Source of the DNA: an uncultured delta proteobacterium
GTDB lineage: Bacteria > Myxococcota_A > Polyangia > Polyangiales > Polyangiaceae
Reading direction: 5' to 3'
Assembly: GCA_963841435.1 (NCBI GenBank)
Contig: CAWJCS010000004.1
Location: forward strand, 352,001 to 416,000
DNA length: 64,000 nucleotides
Position 1 is the first letter of the stretch. Each line of letters opens with the position of its first letter. Made by a program: the position numbers and the translations under genes. Positions 41,619-50,596 of the stretch are shown here, piece by piece. The notes beneath the pieces were generated by a model. The model made no database searches, was not told where the DNA came from, and worked only from the letters and a program-made list of their open reading frames with translations.

Positions 41619-42799
41619 CGGCCCGACCTGCCGACGTCGAGGCGAAACAGATGCTGGCCGACCCGTAGGTGGTCGCCACCGACGACCTCGGCCTCGCCCC
41701 GCACCGCGAGGTAGGTCCCGTTCGACGAGCCGAGATCGTTGAGCGTGAATGCCCCGAGCGCGGGATCCCGGGTGATCGATGCGTGACGTCGGCTCATGAA
41801 TGGATCATTGGTGAACACTACGTCGCCCGACTCCCGGCCGACCACGGTCTCGTCCCGGCACAGGTAGTAAACGTCGCGGGGCACGCCCTCGACGGTGAGC
41901 TGGCATAGCCTTGCGTGCCTCGTCAGCGCCGGCGAGCCGAACACGCGGGTTCCCCTCTCTGTTGCGGGGCCGAGCCCACGTTCCGCGTCGCTCACCAGCT
42001 CGAACCTTAACACCTCGAGTCCTATGAGGACCAAGTCTCCGTGCCGCAGGAGCTCGGGGCCTCGAAGCCGCACATATACCCCGTTGACCGATTCCAGGTC
42101 CCGCACAAAAAACCGGCCGTTCCGGCGGGATACGCGCAAATGACGGGAAGACACGTAGGGATCCGCGGGCAGGGTGATCGTGCCCTCCGAGCGGCCGATC
42201 TCCGCAAACGACCCTTCCATCGGGTACTCCGCCCCGGGAGTTCCGTCCTGAGCGATGACCACGAGCTTGGCCTGCGGCTCGGTGGCCGAAGGCTTCTCTG
42301 GAGGTTGCTCCGTTTCGGCCGCGATCGCCTGCCCGCCGGATGACCGCAGCCGCGCGCCGCAAAACTGGCAATAGAGCATCCCCGCGCTGTTGGTGCCGTG
42401 GCAACGCGTGCAGACCTGCACCGCCTCCGGCTGCGCGGCCGGAGGCGCGGCCGGGACAGCCGGCGACGCGGCCCGATCGGGCCCCGGGGCCACGGGGTGC
42501 TGATCCGAGGGGTTCAGGACTTGTCCGCACTCGGTGCAGAAGCGGCTGTGCGCTTCGTTGTCCTTGCCGCAGGTCGGGCATCGGATGTTCGTGGTGACGG
42601 GCGGGGGTGGCGAGAAGTCGAAGGGGGGAGCGACGGGGCGTGGCTGCGGGCGCGGCGCTTGAGAGCGGCTGAGGACGCTGGTGCGGGCGGCTGCCGTTCC
42701 GGCGCTCGCACGAGCCGACGGCGCGAGCCTCGCCCCGCAGTCCGCACAAAACCGCAGTTCCTCGCGGTTTAGCAGCCCGCATCGCCCACAAGTCACCAT
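41615..42799 (-). CDS. Triple zinc-ribbon plus tandem FHA domain protein
   Basis: Three CxxC..FCxxCG ribbons; two FHA motifs (IGR..SSRH..SVNG and VGR..SRRH..SSNGT); ATGA overlap with PP2C. Confidence 0.93.
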   Translation of the reverse strand: MVTCGRCGLLNREELRFCADCGARLAPSARASAGTAAARTSVLSRSQAPRPQPRPVAPPFDFSPPPPVTTNIRCPTCGKDNEAHSRFCTECGQVLNPSDQHPVAPGPDRAASPAVPAAPPAAQPEAVQVCTRCHGTNSAGMLYCQFCGARLRSSGGQAIAAETEQPPEKPSATEPQAKLVVIAQDGTPGAEYPMEGSFAEIGRSEGTITLPADPYVSSRHLRVSRRNGRFFVRDLESVNGVYVRLRGPELLRHGDLVLIGLEVLRFELVSDAERGLGPATERGTRVFGSPALTRHARLCQLTVEGVPRDVYYLCRDETVVGRESGDVVFTNDPFMSRRHASITRDPALGAFTLNDLGSSNGTYLAVRGEAEVVGGDHLRVGQHLFRLDVGRSGR

Positions 42800-42850
42800 G
42801 TCGGCCCTACGCTACCATCCCCGCGAAAAAAAATTTGCTGGTCAAACCGC

Positions 42851-43522
42851 TCACCAGCGCGGCAAAGGATCCCTCACTTCGAGCGTCAGCTCCAGCCCGA
42901 CCATGTGCGCGAGGCCGAAGCCGAGCAGCCGATCGGCCCGCCGCTCCCCGCTGCTATCGGTGAACGCCCGCGGGATGAGCATCCGGTACGTGAGAGCTCC
43001 CCCCAGCACCGTCTTCTCCGACAGCTCGAACTCCAGTCCGCCGCCCAACATGGCAAGGGGTCCCCCCGTGATCGCCCCCCACTCGCTGCCGTACAAGTGC
43101 AAGCCGGCACCGGCCGAGAGGAAGGCCGTGGCGCGGTCGCCATAGTCCAAGTAGTAGCGCGCCTCCCCGCGCAGCTGCTGCAAGATGGCCAGCCGGAGCT
43201 GGCTCGACGACTCGTGCCGCGAAAATTCGTAGGTGCCCCCCAGAAAGAGGCGGCGCATCGCACGGTAGCCGACCCGAACCCCGACGCCCCCGCCGGACCC
43301 GAGGATGCACGGCGCCATGACGCTGGGGGGGCAAACGTCCCCCGCCGACGCGACGGCCTCCGCGGCGAAGGCCATGCCGAACTGAAGCGCGTCGCGCCGC
43401 CCGTCGTCCATACCGTCGCGTTCGGTACCGAAGGCCGGCCGCCCGGCGAGGCAGAAGCCCGAGACGACCGCGACGGCAAACGCCCATCGTCGGATCCATC
43501 GGACCGGTCTTGACTCTCGCAC
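42851..43522 (-). CDS. Outer-membrane beta-barrel-like hypothetical protein
   Basis: Signal peptide and Gly/aromatic amphipathic strands. Confidence 0.65.
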   Translation of the reverse strand: MRESRPVRWIRRWAFAVAVVSGFCLAGRPAFGTERDGMDDGRRDALQFGMAFAAEAVASAGDVCPPSVMAPCILGSGGGVGVRVGYRAMRRLFLGGTYEFSRHESSSQLRLAILQQLRGEARYYLDYGDRATAFLSAGAGLHLYGSEWGAITGGPLAMLGGGLEFELSEKTVLGGALTYRMLIPRAFTDSSGERRADRLLGFGLAHMVGLELTLEVRDPLPRW

Positions 43523-43565
43523 GAGCCTTGGTTTAGTGCCCCTCGAGTTCAGGGAAGCATCCTAC

Positions 43566-43985
43566 ATGGAAATCTACCTCGACAGACGCGCCGTACGCCA
43601 GATCCGGCTCTCGGCCCAAGAAGCCATCGAGGAGGACGACACCGAATCGCTCCGCGAGGACGTCCTCGAAGCTTTTACCGAGGAGCAGGTGGAGGAGATC
43701 GAGCGCCGGCTCGACAATGGCGACTTCTACGAGTTCTTGACGGACGTGATCGACGAGTGGGGCGGTGACGACGTCGACGAGCTACTCGAATTGCTCGAAA
43801 CCCAGCTCAGCGAGGTCGGTATCGATCTCAAGACGGACGTGAAGGCCGAGGAGGGTGAGGAGGCCGAAGAGACCGAGGGCGGCGAGTCCGGCGATCTCGA
43901 GGAGCTCGACGAGGACTACGGGGACGACGAGGACGAGGACGAAGACGACGACGAAGAGGAAGAGGAAGACAGCAAAGCGGAGTGA
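43566..43985 (+). CDS. Small extremely acidic hypothetical protein
   Basis: ATG 43566; about 62 of 139 residues D/E by hand count. Confidence 0.8.
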   Translation: MEIYLDRRAVRQIRLSAQEAIEEDDTESLREDVLEAFTEEQVEEIERRLDNGDFYEFLTDVIDEWGGDDVDELLELLETQLSEVGIDLKTDVKAEEGEEAEETEGGESGDLEELDEDYGDDEDEDEDDDEEEEEDSKAE

Positions 43986-45055
43986 TCGGTCGCAGCGCTC
44001 GGGTCGCTGAGCGCGCCCGTCGGGCAGCGCCGCACCGGGCCCGTGAAGCTCGGACACAGGTGGCGCGCGCAGCCCACGAACCGGGAGTCCGGAAGCTCCC
44101 GGACGAGCAGTGACATCGCGTCGCACGCAGCGCCGAGATCCTCGGTGCCCGCGGCGAGCCGGGCCTCCTGGAAGAGCGCGTCGTCCCGCAGAAGGCTGGT
44201 TGGAAAGTCGTCGAACACGCGCCGGAACTCGCGGCGCGCGCCGAGCGGATCGTGCAAGCGGTCGCGACGGATCTCGGCGATGTGGAAACGCGCTTCCGCG
44301 TAGCGCGGGCGATCGTAGCTGCCCACGAGTTGCGCCGCCTCGCGTTCGGCGAGCAGCCGCTCGAGGACGTCGATCGCGGCCTTCGGGCGCCCGAGCGCCT
44401 CTTCCATGCGGGCGGCGCCCGTCAGCGCGTCGTCCCAGAGCGCGCCGCCGGGGTAGGGGTGCCGCCGCGCCGTATCGAGGTACGCGCTCCGCGCCTCGGC
44501 GAAGCGCTCGGCGCGCTCGAGATGGCGCGCCCGTTCGTAACGAACGGTTTCGTCGAGCTCGGTGGGGGCAAGGGCGGGGGCCAGCCGTTCGAGCTCGGCG
44601 AGTGCCTCCGGGGCCCCGTTTTTAGCCTCGATGCGCGCGAGGTGGTCCGACAGCGCGCGTGGCGCGAGCCCGGAGTCGGGAAACCGTTCGAGGGCGGCGA
44701 GCCGTAGGGTGGCGCCGCGCGCGGGGTCCTGCCTCGCCACGAGGCTCGCGCGGTCGAAGCTCGCGCGGGCGGCGCGCTCGCCCGTCCCCGCGGCGAGCTG
44801 AGCGAACAGGGGCTCGGCCCGGTCGATCCTGTCGGCGCGCGCGAACGCTGTCGCCGCGCGGTAGGTGGCTTCGTCGCGATCGTGGGTTGACCGAGCGGCG
44901 CCAGCCGCGTCGAGCCAGCTCGTGCCGGCGAGAGCGTACCGGCCGTGCACGTAGTCGGCGTCAGCGCGATCCCACGCCGTGCGAAAGCGTGGATCCTCGC
45001 GGGTGCCGCACGCCGTCGCGAGCAACACCAAAAAGAGGCGCGAGCGCGCGGTCAC
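43916..45055 (-). CDS. TPR (BamD/YbgF-like) lipoprotein
   Basis: GTG 45055 overlaps trmJ stop; lipobox ATAC; repeats RFPDSGLA, DFPTSLLRDDAL and ELPDSRF. Confidence 0.8.
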   Translation of the reverse strand: MTARSRLFLVLLATACGTREDPRFRTAWDRADADYVHGRYALAGTSWLDAAGAARSTHDRDEATYRAATAFARADRIDRAEPLFAQLAAGTGERAARASFDRASLVARQDPARGATLRLAALERFPDSGLAPRALSDHLARIEAKNGAPEALAELERLAPALAPTELDETVRYERARHLERAERFAEARSAYLDTARRHPYPGGALWDDALTGAARMEEALGRPKAAIDVLERLLAEREAAQLVGSYDRPRYAEARFHIAEIRRDRLHDPLGARREFRRVFDDFPTSLLRDDALFQEARLAAGTEDLGAACDAMSLLVRELPDSRFVGCARHLCPSFTGPVRRCPTGALSDPSAATDHSALLSSSSSSSSSSSSSSSSP

Positions 45056-45588
45056 GGCGACGCCCGGCCCGCCGCGAGGCCGGCGACGAAGATCTCGTAG
45101 GCCACGAGCTGAACCGCTTGCGCGAGGTTGATCGACGGCTGAGGCCCCGCCATCGGGATGCGAAGGCGCACCGTTGCGCGCTCCACCTCTTCCGCGCCCA
45201 GCCCAGTCTTCTCGTTGCCGAAGAGCACACAGGTGGTACCGCCGCGCCCGGCCTCTTCGACGACGAGCGCCGCCGCGTCGCGTGCGTCGAGGGGCGACGA
45301 GAGGCCGCGCCGCGAGCTCGTTGCGACGACCAGCGTCGCTCCCACCGTCGCCTGTTCGATGCTCTCGTGGCGCCGGCAGGCGTGGAGCACGTCCCACGCT
45401 CGCACGGACATCTTGAACGCCATCGGGTGGTCCGGCACGGCGAGGCGGCTCGGCCGGACGAGCTCGAGCGACGAGAACCCCATGGTCTTGATGGCACGCG
45501 CGCACGCTCCCAGGTTTTCCGGGTAGTGCGGGTGCACGAGCACGAAGCGCGTGCGGTCGTGGACCTCGAGGTGCACGCGCCCGGACAC
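45052..45588 (-). CDS. trmJ: SPOUT RNA methyltransferase, TrmJ/TrmH family
   Basis: VLVHP.YPENLGACARA.KTMG, LFGNEKTGL and PSINLAQAV. Confidence 0.88.
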   Translation of the reverse strand: MSGRVHLEVHDRTRFVLVHPHYPENLGACARAIKTMGFSSLELVRPSRLAVPDHPMAFKMSVRAWDVLHACRRHESIEQATVGATLVVATSSRRGLSSPLDARDAAALVVEEAGRGGTTCVLFGNEKTGLGAEEVERATVRLRIPMAGPQPSINLAQAVQLVAYEIFVAGLAAGRASP

Positions 45589-46518
45589 TCAGCTGCCCCT
45601 CGTCGCCGCCGAGAGCGCGCAGCGGAAACCGATGAACGGGTAGCGGGAGTCGGCGAGGTAGGGCGAGCGGGCCGCGCCGCGCAGCCACGCTCCGCCGTTC
45701 AGGTAGTGACCGCCGCGGACGGTGCGCAACCCGGAGAGCGCTGGGTCCGGCGGCGTCCCGCGGCGCTCGCTGTAGGCGTCCAACGTCCATTCGGCGGCGT
45801 TGCCAGCCAGATCGAAGAAGCCGTCCGGTGTCGTTCCCGCGGGGTACGACCCGACCGGTGCGAGTCCAGCGTGCCCGTCGACGTCGTCGGAAGGGTCGAG
45901 CCCCAGGCGTCCGTGGTTCGCGAGCTCGTCGTTGTAGAGGTCGCCCCACGGGAAACGGCGACCGCTCATGCCGCGCATCGCGCGCTCGACCTCGAGCTCG
46001 CTCGGTAAGCGCGCCCCCCGCGCGCGGCAGTAGGCTTCGGCGTCGGCGGCGCGCACGAGCGTCATCGGCAGCCTCGCGTCGTCGAGGCTCGCCGGCAGCT
46101 CACCAGGCACGGGCTCGCACTCGCCTCGCACCACGCAGCGTTGATATTCGCCGCGTGTCACCTCGTAGCGGTCCAGGTAGAACGACGGGAGCGCGGCCTC
46201 GCTCGCCGGCAGCTCGTTCGAGAACGTACGCTCGTTGCAGCGGTAAGCGAGGGGGTCGCGAGCGCAGCTCTCTATCGCCTCGAGCACGTCCTCGCTCGTC
46301 GAGCCGACCACGAAGCGCGAGCGAACGAGCCTTATCATCGCGCTGCCGGGCGCGCGGAGCACCGCGAGGCCACCCGTCAACGCCCGTTCCACGGCCGTCG
46401 GCAAGACGGGCGACCGCGCGCGGGCGCTGTTGCCCGAGGCGGGATCCGGCAGCAGGGCCACGACGAGCGTCGCGCCGGCCAGCGCGACGAACCGCCCGCT
46501 ACGGAGCGGCGTCCGCAT
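45589..46518 (-). CDS. Secreted FGE-sulfatase (SUMF1/CLec-fold) domain protein
   Basis: FYLDRYEVT, ARLPSELE.E.A.RG, FPWG, FDLAGNAAEW, VRGG and GFRCA. Confidence 0.9.
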   Translation of the reverse strand: MRTPLRSGRFVALAGATLVVALLPDPASGNSARARSPVLPTAVERALTGGLAVLRAPGSAMIRLVRSRFVVGSTSEDVLEAIESCARDPLAYRCNERTFSNELPASEAALPSFYLDRYEVTRGEYQRCVVRGECEPVPGELPASLDDARLPMTLVRAADAEAYCRARGARLPSELEVERAMRGMSGRRFPWGDLYNDELANHGRLGLDPSDDVDGHAGLAPVGSYPAGTTPDGFFDLAGNAAEWTLDAYSERRGTPPDPALSGLRTVRGGHYLNGGAWLRGAARSPYLADSRYPFIGFRCALSAATRGS

Positions 46519-47740
46519 TGCTCGCTCGGCCGGCGTCGGCGGCCTTCGTTGCGCTCTGAGCCTCGGGGCTCGGGGCGCGCGTCGTGGCCGTGCTCGCGAC
46601 GCTCGGCGCCGCGCTGGGCGACACGCTCGGCGCGCGTCGCGTGGCAGCGTGCGGTGCGGCATGGGGGCGCTCCTCGGGCGCCGGCGATAGCCAGGCGACG
46701 GCGGGCGCGTGCACGTCGGGCGCGACGGGCTTCGCCGCGGCGGACTCCGTTTCCCCGAGGCCGGTCGTCAGGCGCATCACCGTGATGCCGAAAAGCGCAC
46801 CGAGCGCGACGCCCCCCAGGAGATTCCGCGTTCCGGCCGGGGTCTCGCCCCCGAGGCGCCGGCGGTGCAGCGCATCGGGGATCGTCGGCTGTGCGCCCCT
46901 CGCCCCTCGCCCGAGCGCCTCGCTGAGCGCGTCGCCGAACTCTCCTGCGCTCGCGAAGCGCCGCCGCGGATCCTTGGCCATCGCGCGGGCAAGCACCTCG
47001 TCGACGTGGCGGTCGAGACCGCAGGCGTCGGCGATGCGTGGAGGGTCCGCGGTCGTGATGCGCGTCGCGACGGCGACTGCGTCCTCCCCGGGAAAGGCGC
47101 GGCGCTGGCACAGCGCCTCGTAGAGCGTGGCCGCGAGCGAAAATTGGTCGCTGCGCGCAGAGAACACGCCGTCGATGATGCACTCGGGGGCGCTGTAGGC
47201 CGGCGTCCCGAGCAGTCCGCCGTTCTTCGTGAGCGTCGAGTTCGGCACGCGAGCAATGCCGAAATCGGCAATCTTGCTGCCATGGGGCGTGAGGATGATG
47301 TTTTCTGGCTTCACGTCGCGATGCAGAACGCCCATCTCGTGGGCCGTGGCCAACGCGCCGCCAATCTCGCGCGCGATGGTCGCCGTGAGGCCTGGTGGCA
47401 AGGGCCCGTGGGTCAGCCGCTCTTTGAGCGTCGTGCCTTCGGCGTATTCGAAGACCAGGTACAGGCCGAACTCGGGGTCCTCGCCCATGTCGAACAAACC
47501 GACGATGTTCGGATGGGTGACGCGCGCGCACGCCTTCGCCTCGTGTCGCATCCGATCCACGAGTGCGTCGCGCTGGTCGGGGAGAAGCCCGAGGTCGTCC
47601 CTGAGGAGCTTCACGGCGACGCCGCGATCGAGCACCGGGTCGTGGGCGAGGAGCACACGACCCATGGCGCCCCGCCCGAGCAGTCGCTCGACGTGATAGC
47701 GCCCGATGCGCGAGGGGAGCGAGGCACCCGATGCGTCCAT
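46499..47740 (-). CDS. Membrane Ser/Thr protein kinase
   Basis: LGRGAMGRV, VAVK, HRDVKPEN, DFGIA and GTPAYSAPE; TM followed by Pro/Ala tail. Confidence 0.95.
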   Translation of the reverse strand: MDASGASLPSRIGRYHVERLLGRGAMGRVLLAHDPVLDRGVAVKLLRDDLGLLPDQRDALVDRMRHEAKACARVTHPNIVGLFDMGEDPEFGLYLVFEYAEGTTLKERLTHGPLPPGLTATIAREIGGALATAHEMGVLHRDVKPENIILTPHGSKIADFGIARVPNSTLTKNGGLLGTPAYSAPECIIDGVFSARSDQFSLAATLYEALCQRRAFPGEDAVAVATRITTADPPRIADACGLDRHVDEVLARAMAKDPRRRFASAGEFGDALSEALGRGARGAQPTIPDALHRRRLGGETPAGTRNLLGGVALGALFGITVMRLTTGLGETESAAAKPVAPDVHAPAVAWLSPAPEERPHAAPHAATRRAPSVSPSAAPSVASTATTRAPSPEAQSATKAADAGRASNADAAP

Positions 47741-47786
47741 CAGCGCACGGTCTTATCCCCGGATCGCGTCGATCGCCAGGTGTCCG

Positions 47787-48213
47787 TCAGTCGGTGCCGC
47801 CGTCGCTCGGGCTCGGCTTCGCGGGGGGCTTGTGGGGCGGCGGCGCGCCGTACTCTTCCTGCAGCTTTTTCACGAGGCCGTCGCGGAGGACGATCTCGTG
47901 ATATTCGGGCAGCTTGGGCAAGCGCACGAAAATCCGAACCGTGTCGCTCGATTCGACCACCTCGAGGGTTCCCGTCGAGGCGCTCTTGGGCTGACCGGGC
48001 GGGATGTAGCGAAAGACGAGGTAGGCGGAGTCCGGGTCCTTCTCGAGCACCTCGAAGCCGAGAATCGACCCGCAGGTACCGCAGGGCCGTGCTGTACGTC
48101 TGGGCCTTCGTGTAGCTGCTATCGGCCTCCACGCGGGCATTCGCCGGCAGCCCGAACAGCAGCGGGGCCAAAAATAGCGCTGTGACGGTAGCGAGAACCC
48201 GAGGACGACCCAC
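47787..48213 (-). CDS. Secreted hypothetical protein (apparent +1 frameshift at 48063-48064)
   Basis: Signal peptide ANA-R; removing one T joins 'ALRYLRVD' to 'LGFEVLEKDPDSAYLVFRY'. Confidence 0.72.
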
Positions 48214-48222
48214 CGTCCCGGG

Positions 48223-49308
48223 CTAACCGAGGTCGGCGGATCGAGGCAAGTTCCGGGCGGCCCGGCGCACGAAAAGCCCCGCGAGCGCCGCCACGAGCCC
48301 GGCGAGCGTCGACAAGCCCACGGGCAGGACGTAGCCGAGGAAGGCGTACGCCGAGCCGGCGCGCATCACGCTCGCGGGAGGCAGGTACATGGCGAGCCCC
48401 GCATAAATCGCGAGCTGGAAGGCACCGAAGAATCCGGGTGTCGCCGGTACGAGGATGCCGAGCGCCACGACCCCCATGGTGGTGGTGGCGCCGAAGAAGC
48501 CGATCTCGCCGACGCCACAAGCGACGGCCAGGATCCAGAAGGTCGCGGCGTTGAGCAGCCAGTAGGTGAGCGTTCCGAGCACGAACGGGACGCTGTAGCG
48601 CGCGTGGGTGAGAAATCCGAGGCCCTGAGCGACGTCCTCGACGCGCGCCGCAAGCCAGCGGGCTAGCTTTAGCGACACGACGCCGATCAGCCGTTCGGTC
48701 CAGCGACGGGCCCAGGCACGGCGCCAGTAGAAGACGCCCATCACGAGGCTGCCGAAAGCGAAGACGGCGGCCGCCGTGAAGGCGGCTTGGGGAACGAGGC
48801 TCGCCGGGATGGGCAGGTCGCCGATCCGATCGGGCAACGGATCGAGCGGCCTGGCGATGCTGAGCGATGCGAGGAGCAGCAGACTGATCGTCAGGCCGTC
48901 GATGACGCGCTCCGCACCGACCGTCCCCGTAGCGGCCCACGGCGAGACGCCCGCCTCGCGACGGATCATCAAAGGTCGCACGGCCTCACCCATCCTGAAG
49001 GGCAAAAGCAGAACGGCGAGGAACCCGACGCAAGCGACGCGCACGACCGTCCAGAACGGCACGGGCTTTACGGGCGCGAGCAAGAACCACCACCGCGCGG
49101 TCCTCACCAGGTACATCGCCGACCACACGGCGATGTAAAGGAGAATGCTGCTCGGCGACACCCTTCTCAGCGCGTCGCCTTCGGGGACGAGCGGGAGCGC
49201 TCCACGCTGCAACAACCAGACGAAACCAGCTGCCGGCAAGAGTGACAGCGCGAGCTTCTTGCCGAGACCGCGGCCTTCGGGAATGAGGGGACCCGCCGCA
49301 TCGGTCAT
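48223..49308 (-). CDS. Lysylphosphatidylglycerol synthase TM-region / flippase-like (UPF0104) protein
   Basis: RTARW..LL, LPFRMGEAVR, ERVID and PATPGFFG. Confidence 0.88.
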   Translation of the reverse strand: MTDAAGPLIPEGRGLGKKLALSLLPAAGFVWLLQRGALPLVPEGDALRRVSPSSILLYIAVWSAMYLVRTARWWFLLAPVKPVPFWTVVRVACVGFLAVLLLPFRMGEAVRPLMIRREAGVSPWAATGTVGAERVIDGLTISLLLLASLSIARPLDPLPDRIGDLPIPASLVPQAAFTAAAVFAFGSLVMGVFYWRRAWARRWTERLIGVVSLKLARWLAARVEDVAQGLGFLTHARYSVPFVLGTLTYWLLNAATFWILAVACGVGEIGFFGATTTMGVVALGILVPATPGFFGAFQLAIYAGLAMYLPPASVMRAGSAYAFLGYVLPVGLSTLAGLVAALAGLFVRRAARNLPRSADLG

Positions 49309-50030
49309 GAAGGACGCCGCCCAGCGAGGATCGCGTTCGGGCCCTCGTCGAACAGCGCTTCGACCGCCTCCTCGCCGTACTCGTCGGAAAGAAAGCGGAT
49401 GCCCGCGCGCACGGTCTCGACGTCTGCGGCGCGATGCGCGTCGCTGCAAGCCGCGTGATAGAGCCCTCGGTCGAGCAGCGAGAGAGCGCAGCGCTGCGGC
49501 TCCCTGCCGTACTTGCCGACGAGCGCGCCGATGTCGAGCAGCGCCGCGGCCCCGGAGGCCACCAGGCGCTCGAGCAGCTCTTGCGAGCGCCAGAGGTAGC
49601 GATAGCGCTCCGGGTGCGCAATCACGGGCAAGACGCCACGGCACCCGAGCTCGAACAGTCGCTCGGCCGCCCCGTGCGGGAACGTGGACCCGTAGAACTC
49701 GAGCAGCATGGCCTTGCCGCCGGGATACGGCAGCGCTTCGCCCGCTTGGATGCGCGCGTAGACCACGTCGTCGAAGTAGTGCTCGCTGCTCAGCTCCACG
49801 TGGGGGAGCGTCGGGTCCCCGTCGAGGTAGGGCCGCATGCGCGTGAAGGCCGACTCGAGGTCGCCACGCGTGTTGTCGAACATGCCAGGACGCATGTGAG
49901 GCGTTGCGACTACGGTAGCAAAGCCCGCCGCCCCGAGGGCGCGCAGCATCGCGATGCCCTCCTCCGGGGTCGTCGCGCCGTCATCGATCCCCGCCACCCA
50001 GTGGCAGTGCAGGTCGACGAAGCGCGGCAT
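49305..50030 (-). CDS. CpsB/CapC/YwqE-type PHP protein-tyrosine phosphatase
   Basis: VDLHCH..GIDDG, VATPH, IAHPERY and SDAH. Confidence 0.93.
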   Translation of the reverse strand: MPRFVDLHCHWVAGIDDGATTPEEGIAMLRALGAAGFATVVATPHMRPGMFDNTRGDLESAFTRMRPYLDGDPTLPHVELSSEHYFDDVVYARIQAGEALPYPGGKAMLLEFYGSTFPHGAAERLFELGCRGVLPVIAHPERYRYLWRSQELLERLVASGAAALLDIGALVGKYGREPQRCALSLLDRGLYHAACSDAHRAADVETVRAGIRFLSDEYGEEAVEALFDEGPNAILAGRRPS

Positions 50031-50139
50031 CTCGACAAGCTTGTCCCGACTTGGGCAGTCTTGAAAGGCAAGATCTCGAAGCCTGGCAGACGGCTGCGCC
50101 GGTTCGACCGGGCGCTGTCGGGGGCCCGCGGAAGCGCTC

Positions 50140-50526
50140 TCAGCCGCCTTGGAGAATGCGCCTCAGCCCGGCGCTGACGGCGTCGAGCTCGGCGTCTGCC
50201 GGGGCGCGGCCCGCCGTCGTGACCACGACCTCGATGCCATCGAGCGACAAACGCCTCCGGCCGGTCCGCCGCTCGAGCGCGTCCAGGCAGCTTGGAACGA
50301 CGTCATTCTGGGGGCCACGGTCGACGATCGGCGCCCACGCAGCGAGCTCGTCGCAGAGCCGCGCCGGACCGGCACCGGCGAGCAGCAGGCCCGAGGCGTC
50401 GGCAACGGTGACGGCGTCGAGACCGCCCCGGCGCCTCGAGGCTTCGAGCAGTCGGGTGAGCGCCTGGAGTGTTTCGCTCGTGCGGTCCTTCCGTCGCTCG
50501 ACGACGGAGGAGGCCTGTGCGTCCAT
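50140..50526 (-). CDS. Small protein, roadblock/LC7-like
   Basis: 'LDAVTVADASGLLLAG...DELAA' resembles roadblock beta-hairpin and helix. Confidence 0.55.
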   Translation of the reverse strand: MDAQASSVVERRKDRTSETLQALTRLLEASRRRGGLDAVTVADASGLLLAGAGPARLCDELAAWAPIVDRGPQNDVVPSCLDALERRTGRRRLSLDGIEVVVTTAGRAPADAELDAVSAGLRRILQGG

Positions 50527-50596
50527 CCCGCGAAGGTCTCAGAGGTCCGCGCTCCGGGCCAACTTCGGACAAGCTCACGGTATACTCGTCACACCG

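Noticed and set aside
45589..46518. Diversity-generating retroelement target (FGE/CLec fold)
   Set aside because: No reverse transcriptase and no second copy (template repeat) of the 3' end visible in the window
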